Assembly (NCBI GenBank): GCA_030264375.1
Contig: JASCQW010000043.1
Coordinates: forward strand, 66,284,634-66,348,633
DNA length: 64,000 nt
Origin: Carcharhinus longimanus
Taxonomy: Eukaryota
Reading direction: 5' to 3'
The translations under genes and the position numbers were made by a program. The notes beneath the pieces are model-generated. The model saw only the letters and a list, made by a program, of their open reading frames with translations, had not been told where the DNA came from and did no database searches. Positions 50,969 to 61,807 of the stretch are shown here, piece by piece (position 1 is the stretch's first letter; every line of letters begins with the position of its first letter).

Positions 50969-52249
50969 TTCAAAGACCTCCTGCCACTGCACTCCTTTCA
51001 CAAGGATAGGCATTGATGGGGGCAGGGAGGTTGAAGACAGAAAACCATGTGAAGACACCTCCAAGAATATGTCCAATCAGTGTTGGAACTCTAAACTGGG
51101 CTAAGATCCCTGGGCTAAGACTGAAAAAATCATCAGTCAGAATTCCAACTCTAGTAGAAAATGTGCACATGTAGACACTAAAGATTGAAATAGGCTGAGG
51201 TACAATACCTGAACGGTTAAATAATGACCAACACTATTGGTTCTCAACCTCATGGGATTCTCTTCATCACCTGAAAAATATAACATTTTAGCCGTTTACC
51301 CCGTTTCTGTGGTTATGGTTCCGCCAATATGCCCCTGGAGGAATCACCGGAAATTCCAGCTGTCCCTGAAGTAACTCGGGATGAATAGTCACTCGGATGA
51401 GAGATATCATGTGGTGGGAATCTCTTGGGGAACATGAACCTAACTTGAGACAGCATTTAGTTCGGGGAGGGGGTAGGAGAAAAGGATAAACCTTGAGGGG
51501 AAAAGAAATTCTATGTCATTAGTAACCAACTTATCTTTTGTTTTCTAGTTATATTACGACCCTTCTAATAAAGCAATTGTTATTTGAGGTATTCTGGCTA
51601 CAGGTGGGTTTGCAATTTGGCCACAATAACTTTTTAAAATCGTTTCGATGGTCAGTAGATTTTTCAGAAGTGATTAATCTAGCGTTTCAGCCTTGGTTTG
51701 CACATTTTTTTTTCCGCTGCTGTATTTTTTTGTAAAACCTTCAAAACCTTAATTGAAACTACAACGCCACCACCAATACAAAAGGGCAATCCTGACCATC
51801 CCCCAAATCACTTTTATATATTTCAGGATGAAGATAAGCCTCGATATTGTTTTGCTGGGATATGTTTTCCTGAAATGAAAGGATTGTAATTTTAACTAGC
51901 TGAAATGTGTGGGCTATGACCTATCATATTACATTACAGAAAATGTTATTGAAGGGATTCCATTTGATTCATAACTTCACGACGCTTGCTATTTCTCCTT
52001 AACATTCTTGGTGAGAGTTCACGGTTGTTTCCTTGTCGGTTTAAGTAGGACGGGCAGAGTATTATTTCCCCCGATCTATATGTAACATTAAAAAATAACA
52101 TCTCAATAAGTTACACAATTATATGGTTGTGTGGCGATAGCAGAAATTGACAGACTCAATTGTGCAAGAACATTTGCAATCCATTTTGCCAGAACTTTTT
52201 TTTCCCCTCTGGTTTGTTAGAAATTTACAATATGCGTAAAAAAAATTCC

Positions 52250-52951
52250 AGCTGTAAGCTGAGAGCACTAGGACCAGGGGAAGTTCTTTTTCGTAGATTT
52301 CTCTGGCGGAGGAGGGGGCTGAGGGTTAATTGAGTTACCGGTAGAGTTGGAGGAGGCGCTGTGGCCATCTTAAGGCAGAGCTTTATCTGAGTGAGGAACA
52401 GAACAGCCAGCGAGCTGGGAACAGTGCACTTCATCACACGCACAAGGTCTATGTATCTAATATACAGGCGCGCACAGAGATAGAGAGAGACACACACACA
52501 CACAATAGCTGCACCACTGGGAACGACAGCAGCTCATAAATCCGCTCAGGTCTGCCGAGCACATCCAAACCACAGGCACTGACTGGCGCTCCAGTCAGTC
52601 TCTCTTTCCACCTGGTTTGTCATCAAAAGCCCGACTCAATGAGAGAGAAAGGTTCATGAGGAGCGGATGATCGTGCTTTTCGGTGGAGTGGACGAGTTTG
52701 TTCCAAGATAGACTTGGAGAGGACACACACGCTTTCTCTGCCCGTCTCTTGAAATTGAGCAAGGGAATTGGGTGCGAGGATCCGGACTTTAGATTTTTTT
52801 TTGAATTCTCCCCCCTCCCCTAACCCAACCCCCCCCCNNNNNNNNNNNNNNNNNNNNNNNNNNNNNNNNNNNNNNNNNNNNNNNNNNNNNNNNNNNNNNN
52901 NNNNNNNNNNNNNNNNNNNNNNNNNNNNNNNNNNNNNCCCCAAACAAAAAG
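52250..52951 (+). promoter_or_regulatory. CpG-enriched promoter / 5' leader of PCSK5
   Basis: Local rise in GC and CpG (ggcgcgc, ggcggaggagggggc, gccgagc) against a CpG-depleted background, free of TEs, directly upstream of the ATG. CpG richness continues into intron 1 to about 54150. The TSS cannot be located. Confidence 0.65.
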
Positions 52952-53131
52952 ATGGGCCGACCGGCGAAGTGGTGCTGGGATCTTGTCTTCTCGCTGGTGC
53001 TGGTCCTCGGGGTTTTGTTGCCCTTTTCCAGAACTCTAATGTACACCAACCACTGGGCTGTGAGGATAACCGGGGGGAGCGAAGAAGCCAATACAATCGC
53101 GAGTAAATACGGATACAGAAACTTGGGACAG
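52952..53131 (+). CDS. PCSK5: Coding exon 1 of proprotein convertase subtilisin/kexin type 5 (signal peptide + start of S8 prodomain)
   Basis: Encodes MGRPAKWCWDLVFSLVLVLGVLLPFSRTLMYTNHWAVRITGGSEEANTIASKYGYRNLGQ: a hydrophobic signal peptide followed by YTNHWAV..GG..EAN.IASKYG..N.GQ, closely matching recalled PCSK5 (RTRVYTNHWAVKIAGGFPEANRIASKYGFINIGQ). Strong Kozak context (aagATGG), 180 nt, phase-0 donor CAG|GTAAGG at 53132. PCSK6 and furin are less similar but not excluded without a search. Exon 2 was not found in the window. Confidence 0.88.
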
Positions 53132-53166
53132 GTAAGGTGCTTTGGGAACAAATTCATTCTTGACCC

Positions 53167-53189
53167 TGTGTGAGTGTGTGTGTGTGTGT
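53167..53189. repeat. (TG)n microsatellite just 3' of the PCSK5 exon 1 donor
   Basis: tgtgtgagtgtgtgtgtgtgtgt. Confidence 0.85.
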
Positions 53190-54369
53190 TAGAAACATTG
53201 ATCTGTGACTCTCCATAGCTCCCAGGTTGGAATGTAATTTCCCCAGACCGGCAGCAGCACAGTGGGCGGATTTGTTGCTTGTTTAAGTTGTGACTCTCCG
53301 GCTGGAATAAAAACAGATTGTAATTCAGGAATAATGAACTTAGTTTGCAATGAGTGGGTTTCCTTGACGAAATGATTTTAATTGGGCTACGTTGTGCGTT
53401 TTAAAAGCACTCCTTTGCAAAGAGAAAACGTTAACTTTTTTATAAATGATGTTTGAGAGCCTTTCAGAAAAGTGTTGGGACCGGATTTCGGATCACACCT
53501 GGTCTTCTAGCAGAGCAATTTTAACCCACTCCTTCCTCAGGTGGAGTNNNNNNNNNNNNNNNNNNNNNNNNNNNNNNNNNNNNNNNNNNNNNNNNNNNNN
53601 NNNNNNNNNNNNNNNNNNNNNNNNNNNNNNNNNNNNNNNNNNNNNNNNNNNNNNNNNNNNNNNNNNNNNNNNNNNNNNNNNNNNNNNNNNNNNNNNNNNN
53701 NNNNNNNNNNNNNNNNNNNNNNNNNNNNNNNNNNNNNNNNNNNNNNNTGGGGGATTTTTTTGGGGGGAGGGCAACTCTGCAACCGGACAGGACAGTCTCA
53801 GTTCTCATCCAAAAAAAATGTTGGCGAAATGCTTTTATTTTTTTTCTTTTTGAGAGGGGCCAGCAGGAGAGGTGCAGATCTGGAAAGCTGAGCCACACAC
53901 AGAAAGCAAGCCCCAGGTTGAATGTAGCAGGTAGAGTCAGTGACTCCGGGGACGCTTCCCGCTGTTTGGAAATGAGCGAGTGGACTTTGAGATCTCCTCC
54001 TCCCGGAGGGAGGGGGGTGGGGGTACCGGATTCGCCACCAGCTTTCCCCTTTACCTGCTTGGACAGGTTCAGCCTCTCCATTGTCCTTCTGAAAATAAAG
54101 CTCAATCTTCAAACACTCCGAATCTCCACCCTGATCACAAGCGGGCTGCAAGTCCAATCTGGACATCAAGCCAGTTCCATTGAGGAATTTAGCCTCGCAT
54201 TGCTGCCCCTTTTATCTGGCAACACTTTTCATTTTCGCACCTGCTTTTTTTTTGAAGCTGCACTTTTCCCACTGTCTCCTGTCTACGGGAGATTTTGTCC
54301 TGTTTACAGGTGTCATTCAACACCTTTACTGCATCTGTATTTCCTGACAAATATGGTATATGTTCAAAA

Positions 54370-54580
54370 TCCAAAGATGTGCAGTTAGGTGGTTTGGCCA
54401 TGCGAAATTACTCCTTAATGTCCAAAGAAGTGTAGGTGAGGTACATTAAACATGGTAAATGTGTGGGGTTAGGGGGATAGGATGGAGGGGAGGATCTGGG
54501 AGGGATGCCTTTTGGCAGAGTCATGTAGACTCGATGGGCCAAATGGCCTCTTTCTGCACTGTAAGGATACTGTGGTTCTA
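54370..54580 (+). mobile_element. HE1-type SINE 3' half
   Basis: tccaaagatgtgcagttaggtgg...gactcgatgggccaaatggcctctttctgcactgt. Confidence 0.8.
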
Positions 54581-55067
54581 ATGTTCCGAAGTGGTTGATA
54601 AAGCAGAGGTGCCATGTTGAATGATGATGCCAGCTTGAAGAATTCAATTTTGAGAAGGGAGAGAGGGATTGAGTGTGGGGTTTATGTCTGTGGTAACTAC
54701 AATTGAGGGAGGAGGATGCCAAGCCTCGCTTATTGTTGAAGACTTATGCTAAGGAAATTGTAAAATGGTAAGGTCACAGGTGGTTTTGTGTGCAATGGTT
54801 TTGAATTTAGAAGAGGATGGGGAGCCAATCATCATTGGTAAGGGTGGAGGTAAGTTGGACTTTTTTTTTGTGTTGTGAGAAATTTAAGATTCAGAAAAAC
54901 ATTTTGATTTGCTAGAAAATGCTCGTCACGCTGCTCTCCTGCCTATTCAGGAATAATTCAGTAGTATGTCACTCTGCTCTTGTCAATTTTCCAAATTATG
55001 GGATAAAGTTTGGTTCATAATGAAAATAGCTCATCATTCACTTTATAACATAACCTTTAACCCATTA

Positions 55068-55318
55068 AGAACATAAGAACATAAGAAATAGGAGCAGGAG
55101 TAGGCCATCTAGCCCTTCGAGCCTGCCCCACCATTCAATNNNNNNNNNNNNNNNNNNNNNNNNNNNNNNNNNNNNNNNNNNNNNNNNNNNNNNNNNNNNN
55201 NNNNNNNNNNNNNNNNNNNNNNNNNNNNNNNNNNNNNNNGTACTCCAGCTGCGGCCTCACCAATGCCCTATACAGCCGCAGCAAGACCTCCCTACTTTTA
55301 TATTCAATCCCCCTCATA
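55068..55318 (-). mobile_element. Young CR1 LINE spanning a gap
   Basis: (aagaacat)n tail; RGIEYKSREVLLRLYRALVRPQLEY. Confidence 0.85.
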
Positions 55319-55432
55319 AATGTCCCAAAATGTCCCAACATACTTCATCAGATCATCAAAAAAACAAAATTACTTTGAGACACAAGATATTAGGTCAGAA
55401 GGTTGAAAGTTTGATTAAAGCAATACATAGTT

Positions 55433-55509
55433 GACTGGTTAGCTCAGATGGTTAGCAAATTGTGCTAATAATGCCCAGGTCATCATGGGTTCGATACCTG
55501 TATAGGCCA
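55433..55509 (+). pseudogene. tRNA-Ile(AAT)-derived pseudogene or tRNA-derived SINE head
   Basis: gactggttagctcagatggttagcaaattgtgctAATaatgcccaggtcatcatgggttcgatacctgtataggcca aligns with eukaryotic tRNA-Ile-AAT (GGCCGGTTAGCTCAGTTGGTTAGAGCGTGGTGCTAATAACGCCAAGGTC..GGTTCGATCCCCGTACGGGCCA). Box A and box B are present, but stems are mismatched and CpGs have decayed. Confidence 0.7.
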
Positions 55510-55749
55510 CACAAAATTGTATGTGCTTCTACAATTTAGGTTCCTATTTTTGTTGGTGTGGACTCTGGGTCAAAGCACTTCTGCTCTGTATGATTATGAT
55601 TCTATAATCTTTGAGGGAAGTGAGATAAGGGTGGCAGAAGGGAATTTCAAATCTTATGGCCTAAGCCATAAAAAATCAGGAGTGGGGAAAAGGCCTGAAT
55701 TTGAGGAATGTAGATATCTTGGAGGATTATGAAGGCTTAAAGAAAAATT

Positions 55750-56185
55750 TGACATTTCTATAGGCACACACATGATTGCCAAAGTGCTTCAGAGTCTGAT
55801 GAGTATTTCTGAAGTGTAATCACTGTCATAATGTGGGAAATGTAGCAGCCAATTTGCACACAGCAAACTCCCACAAACAGCAATGTAATAATAACTAGAC
55901 AATCTGTTTTTGCCATGTGGATTGAAGGATAAATCTTGGTGAGGACAGTGGAGGTAACTTCTCTGCTCCTCTTTGAAACAGTACCATGGGATTTTTATAC
56001 CCATCTGAGAGAGCTTCAGCCTAAAGCCTCGCCTGAAAGGTGATGCCTCTAAAGGTATAGCACTCCTTCAGTGTTGCACTGGAGCATCAACCTGGATTGT
56101 TGCCTTCAAATTTCTGGAGTGGTATTTGAACGCACAGCTTTTTAACACAGGTGAAAGTGCTACTACTGAGTCACAGGTGACACTT
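55750..56185 (-). mobile_element. SacSINE1/DeuSINE-like element
   Basis: Reverse complement of the same family as 23570-24020 (gcagccaatttgcacacagcaaactcccacaaacagcaatg...ttgaaggataaat). Confidence 0.7.
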
Positions 56186-57065
56186 TGTTAGGATCTTTTT
56201 CTCTTTCATTTTTACGTTTTTTTAAAATGAAGAATGGGGTTTTTCAAAGGATGATTTGACAGATGGTGATGGCAAGCAGCTGTTGACAAAGAGATCATTC
56301 TTTATGTCTGTGCCTGGACAATGAGTGTTATTCAGCTGTTCAAATATGGTATTGTCACATGCGCACATTTCAAAATGTCCAATTCATGTCCAAAGACATG
56401 ATAGCCAATTGAAGCATAATTTTCTGCTTGAATTCAATGAATTAGTTCAAATTGGATTGAAGTGAGAAACTTGCTTCTCCCTAATAGAAAAATGCACTAC
56501 CTATTGGAGCACTGAACCATATAAATCAAGAGGTCTGGACTGTGTTAAATTACTTAAGCTGCTGTGTTAGGAGCACTACATTTGACTTCGGTGTCCCTGG
56601 CTTTATTAGTGGGAAAAATCAATAATCAGCAGTGGGATCTATCACTATCTGAATCAAAATGTGAGAGAATGGGCATCTGATGATGACGGAATTTGTTCTC
56701 TTATGATTTAGTTGAATTGTGTGCTCACACTTACTGTCTTGGCTCACATGGCTGCTTGTGCGAGGCACTCAAGGGTTGCTGTCAACCATTGTACTGTGCC
56801 ACCAGAGGATGAGTCTTCCTCAATTTTTTAGACAATGAGAAGCGATAACTTGAAATAAAGCTTCAATTTCTGTAACAGTATAGCACAATGCTTTACCATG
56901 AGATGTGCTTATTCACTAATTTTTTGGATTGAGGGATGGGACCAGAATTATTTTTGTCTACAAAGTACAACATGAAAACTTTTGGAGTTATCTCAAGCAG
57001 CCTAGCTTAAGCTTTTTCGTCTTGATCGTCCTATTTTGGAAACTGGAATTGCTGTGAAACTCGGT

Positions 57066-58325
57066 CATAGTGTCAGAGGTTTACAGCATGGAAACAGGCC
57101 CTTCAGCCCAACTTGTCCATGCTGCCCTTTTTTTAAAAACCCCTAAACTAATCACAATTGCCTGCATTTGGCTCATCTCCCTCTATACCTGTTGTACCCA
57201 TGTAATTATCCAAATGCTTTTTAAAAGATAAAATTGTACCCCCCCTCTACTACTACCTCTGGCAGCTTGTTCCAGACACTCTCCACCCTCTGTGTGGAAA
57301 AAATTGCCCCTCTGGACACTTTTGTATCTCTCCCCTCTCACCTTAAACCTATGCCCTCTAGTNNNNNNNNNNNNNNNNNNNNNNNNNNNNNNNNNNNNNN
57401 NNNNNNNNNNNNNNNNNNNNNNNNNNNNNNNNNNNNNNNNNNNNNNNNNNNNNNNNNNNNNNNNNNNNNNNNNNNNNNNNNNNNNNNNNNNNNNNNNNNN
57501 NNNNNNNNNNNNNNNNNNNNNNNNNNNNNNNNNNNNNNNNNNNNNNNNNNNNNNNNNNNNNNNNNNNNNNNNNNNNNNNNNNNNNNNNNNNNNNNNNNNN
57601 NNNNNNNNNNNNNNNNNNNNNNNNNNNNNNNNNNNNNNNNNNNNNNNNNNNNNNNNNNNNNNNNNNNNNNNNNNNNNNNNNNNNNNNNNNNNNNNNNNNN
57701 NNNNNNNNNNNNNNNNNNNNNNNNNNNNNNNNNNNNNNNNNNNNNNNNNNNNNNNNNNNNNNNNNNNNNNNNNNNNNNNNNNNNNNNNNNNNNNNNNNNN
57801 NNNNNNNNNNNNNNNNNNNNNNNNNNNNNNNNNNNNNNNNNNNNNNNNNNNNNNNNNNNNNNNNNNNNNNNNNNNNNNNNNNNNNNNNNNNNNNNNNNNN
57901 NNNNNNNNNNNNNNNNNNNNNNNNNNNNNNNNNNNNNNNNNNNNNNNNNNNNNNNNNNNNNNNNNNNNNNNNNNNNNNNNNNNNNNNNNNNNNNNNNNNN
58001 NNNNNNNNNNNNNNNNNNNNNNNNNNNNNACTGATCCCTGAGGCACACCGCTGGTCACAGGCCTCCAGTTTGAAAAACAACTCTCTGCAACCACCCTCTG
58101 GCTTCTTAACAGAAGCCAATTTTGTATCCATTTAGATACCTCACCCTGGATCCTGTCAGATTTAACTTTATGCAACAACCTACCATGCGGTACCATGTCA
58201 AAGGCTTTGCTAAAGTCCATGCAGACAACATCAGCGGCACTACCCTCATCTACCTTCTTGGTTACCTCTTCAAAATACTCAATTAAATTTGTGACACATG
58301 ATTTTCCACTCACAAATCCATGTTG
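57066..58325 (-). mobile_element. CR1 LINE RT to 3' end (gap inside)
   Basis: GKSCVTNLIEYFEEVTKKVDEGSAADVVCMDFSKAFDMVPHGRLL...VTSGVPQGS and TRGHRFKVRGER. Confidence 0.9.
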
Positions 58326-58514
58326 CTTAAGAGCTATTTAAAATTCTCTCCATCTTCTGAATGCATTGACTTATGTCAGCTGGTAGTGTCACAGGTGACA
58401 GTCCTCCAGTATCTCAGTGAAGAGCCCATTTTCCATGTGAGCTTATTGGTGATTAGATGTTTAACTATGTTGAGTACCCAAGCTGTACCTGATCTTGCCT
58501 GTTCTCTGTATCCT

Positions 58515-58760
58515 ATGAGAACACCACCACCTGGAAGTTCCCTTCCAACCCATCATGATCCTGACTTAGAAATATGTCCCTGTTCCTTCACCGTCACTGG
58601 GTCAAAATTCTGGAATTCTGTAACAGCACAGTGGGTGTACCTACACCACATGGACCGCAATTGTTAAAGAAGTCAACTCACCACCACCTTCTCGAGGACA
58701 ATTAGAAATGGGCTGTAAATGCTGACCAAGCTAGCTGATGTTCAATGAATGAATAAACTA
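58515..58760 (+). mobile_element. CR1/L2-group LINE 3' end
   Basis: aacaccaccacctggaagttccc...ttccttcaccgtcactgggtcaaaattctggaa...ctcaccaccaccttctcgagg...aatgaatgaataaa. Confidence 0.75.
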
Positions 58761-59724
58761 CGTGCACTTTTCAGCAGGGGTTTCAGATATAGTATGTCCA
58801 GGTTGGGATATTCCTGGTTGTTGGGGCTTAACAGTTAGTGATGCCTTTACCCAATATATATTTAGTTACAATTTGTATTGCTTACTTACAAATGACAAAG
58901 TCTTATAATATAACTGTAAACTGGATTTGGTACTGGATTATTTGATGCGTTTTTATGTAATGCCATTATTCTTTGGTCAACATAACTTTGAACTAAAGAC
59001 ATTCACTATTGCTAAAAGTGATTGTTTCAGATTCTGGTTTCTAGAAGCCAATAAACTGAGGCGTCTACAATTTATTTTAGTGAAAGAAGAACAAAAAACT
59101 AATCTCTTGGCTTGATAAATAATTTATATTTTTTATGGTTACATGTATATTAAACCTTTATTGCTTGTAAAATATTTATTCCCTTTTGAGATGTCATCAT
59201 GTTGTGTAAAAAAAAAACATGTTTCTCTACTATGAACACTTGTCTGAATGTTGGATATGTGTAGAATTTTGGAGTGGATAGATGTTTGAAATAAGGGACT
59301 GAATTATTCCTAAGTGAATAATTTCTGGTAGTATTGATTCAGCTTTGCTGAAATCCATATAAACTACATCAGTTGCACTGTCCTCATCGACACACCTGGT
59401 TGCCTCCTCAAAAAAATCAGTGACATTCCTTAGGCATGACCTCCTTCTGACAAAGCCACGCTAACTATCCTTAAGTATACATGTACCACAATGCGTGGTG
59501 AATTTATCCACTAAGCTGAAGGGACAGATTTGACTTGTTTTACTAATCAGATAATATCTAAACATTTAGAGCAGGACACAGATTATGTTCTTTTAGTTAT
59601 TACCCTAGTAATTTAGGATCAATTTCCACCCCATACTTTGTAATTTTGACAGAACTATTATCAGTATTTGTTTTTGATTTTTACATGATCAAATCTGCAT
59701 GCAGATTTCCATTTGCTCCATTAA

Positions 59725-60010
59725 GATACAGTACAGAAAGAGGCCATTCAACCCATCGAGCCTGCACCAACAACAATCCCACCCAGCCCCTATCCTGCTA
59801 ATCCCCTGACATTAAGCGGCACTTTATCATGGCCAATCAACCTAACCCACATGTTTTATAATTGTAGGAGGAAACCAGAGCACCCGGAGGAAACCCACTC
59901 CGACATAGGGAGAATGTGCAGACCTGCACAGACAGTTACCCGAGGTCGGAATTGAACCCGGTCCCTGGAGCTGTGAGGGAGCAGTGCTAACCTCTGCCAC
60001 TTTGCCGCCA
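59725..60010 (-). mobile_element. HE1-type SINE
   Basis: Reverse-strand tail, V-domain and head (gaattgaacccggtccctggagctgtgag..agcagtgctaacc). Confidence 0.85.
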
Positions 60011-61428
60011 GTATGATTTCAGTCGACATACAACAAATGGTCAACTTAGATACCAATCCCCCAGTATTTCTGGTTTGCCCTTAAAATTTTAGTTGTCAAT
60101 CTTCAATGAAAGTTCCCTGTTTGATAAGTTGATTGTGAGTAGGGATATTTAAATAATGTTTCCTTTACTGAAGTTAACTGCCACTTGTGGTTGAAAAGCA
60201 CTATTGTGATTTATANNNNNNNNNNNNNNNNNNNNNNNNNNNNNNNNNNNNNNNNNNNNNNNNNNNNNNNATACAATATTCCTAGTCAAAATTTGTCTTA
60301 CCTAGGAGTCTGACAGAATGAGTTAGGATGCTATTCTGTTTCTAATGGTTTAAATTTAATTCTGAATTGTTGAAGAGAATGTCCTTGTGCTTTCAATGAT
60401 CAACTATTCATTACTAATTGTCAGTTTTGTTTGGTTACTCCAGGAGTGGTTTTCGGAACTGTGAATCTCTGTGATGCAGTCAGATCTAATGACTTTGAAT
60501 AATATGGGAGAATTCTATACGGCAACTAATCTGTACACTAATACTGCATTTTCAAGTAGGGGCAAAAGTTCCAATGCTGTTTCCAAATGTCTATCTTGAT
60601 GAGCTGACAATATGTTACCAAAATACTCGAGAACACAGACCATGAGAACATTTACAGAATTCATAATGTCAGGCTCGAACAAAAGGAAACTTGGATAATT
60701 TGTGTTGTTCTGTTAGATCTTAATCCAGAATATAGGACATGCTTTTCTTTTGTTCGTTCGATATTGTTGAATCAGGAATGTGACTTGACTTGCCTTCACG
60801 ATGTAACTGAATGTCTGATGTAATTTATGATGACTGTGAAACCTGTTACTCTGCTCCCTTTTGTGCCTCACTTTTATATATGTTCTCTTTTAGATTATGT
60901 GGCAATAATTTTAAAAAATGCTTTTGGCAAGATAGTGAGAATGCTTTCAGAATTCAAACTGTACATCCCTATTTCATTGCAAATAAATGGAGGTGATTTA
61001 AGATGTGTTAACTGTTAAACTTCCATCTGCCATTTATTCCACAGTGCTTCCAGTATGTCAGTGGATGGACGTGGCTTAAACCAGAATTGCATTTCTAATT
61101 TATAGCCTAGAAAAATAGCTCATCTATTATGTGACTCACTGCCTAGAAGTACCCTCATCTTAATTGATATTGTAACACAATTTTGCCATTATTTTTAAAT
61201 TGCATATTAGAAGGAACAGATCAAAGACCAAAAGTACTCTGGTTCTTCAATATCAAATGCAACCTAACAGTTACAGGTGCCATGCTTGTTCATATTTGCA
61301 GTGTTTAGCTTCTGTTTACACAAGGCTGTTTGTGCAAGATGATGGTTTATTGAAATGTGCTGTAGGTTGCTCCTAATGTACTTAATTTATTTTTTAAAAA
61401 TAAGTTGTAATCAGTGGGGTTCCCATTG

Positions 61429-61807
61429 ACATAGAACATAGAACACTACAGCACAAACAGGCCCTTCAGCCCACAAGTTGCACCGATCACATCTATACCT
61501 ACCAANNNNNNNNNNNNNNNNNNNNNNNNNNNNNNNNNNNNNNNNNNNNNNNNNNNNNNNNNNNNNNNNNNNNNNNNNNNNNNNNNNNNNNNNNNNNNNN
61601 NNNNNAACTCAATCCCTCGATTAATGAAGGCCAGTACACCATACGCCTTCTTGACCACATCCTCCACCTGCGAGGCCGATTTTAAGAGTCCTATGGACCT
61701 GGACCCCAAGATCCTTCTGCTCTTCAACACTGCTAAGGCTCCTATCCTTGATATTGTACTCCTGCATCCCATTGGTCCTGCCAAAATGGACCACTACACA
61801 TTTATCC
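61429..61807 (-). mobile_element. CR1 LINE 3' fragment spanning a gap
   Basis: (catagaa)n tail; LKSASQVEDVVKKAYGVLAFINRGIE. Confidence 0.85.

Noticed and set aside
53132-53173. Continuation of the PCSK5 ORF (VRCFGNKFILDPV*)
   Set aside because: Read-through into intron 1 past the GT donor.
57183-58313. Long ORFs in the track (376 aa, 277 aa at 25983, 194 aa at 53521 and others)
   Set aside because: Their length comes from N runs translated as X; the real parts are CR1 RT or non-coding.
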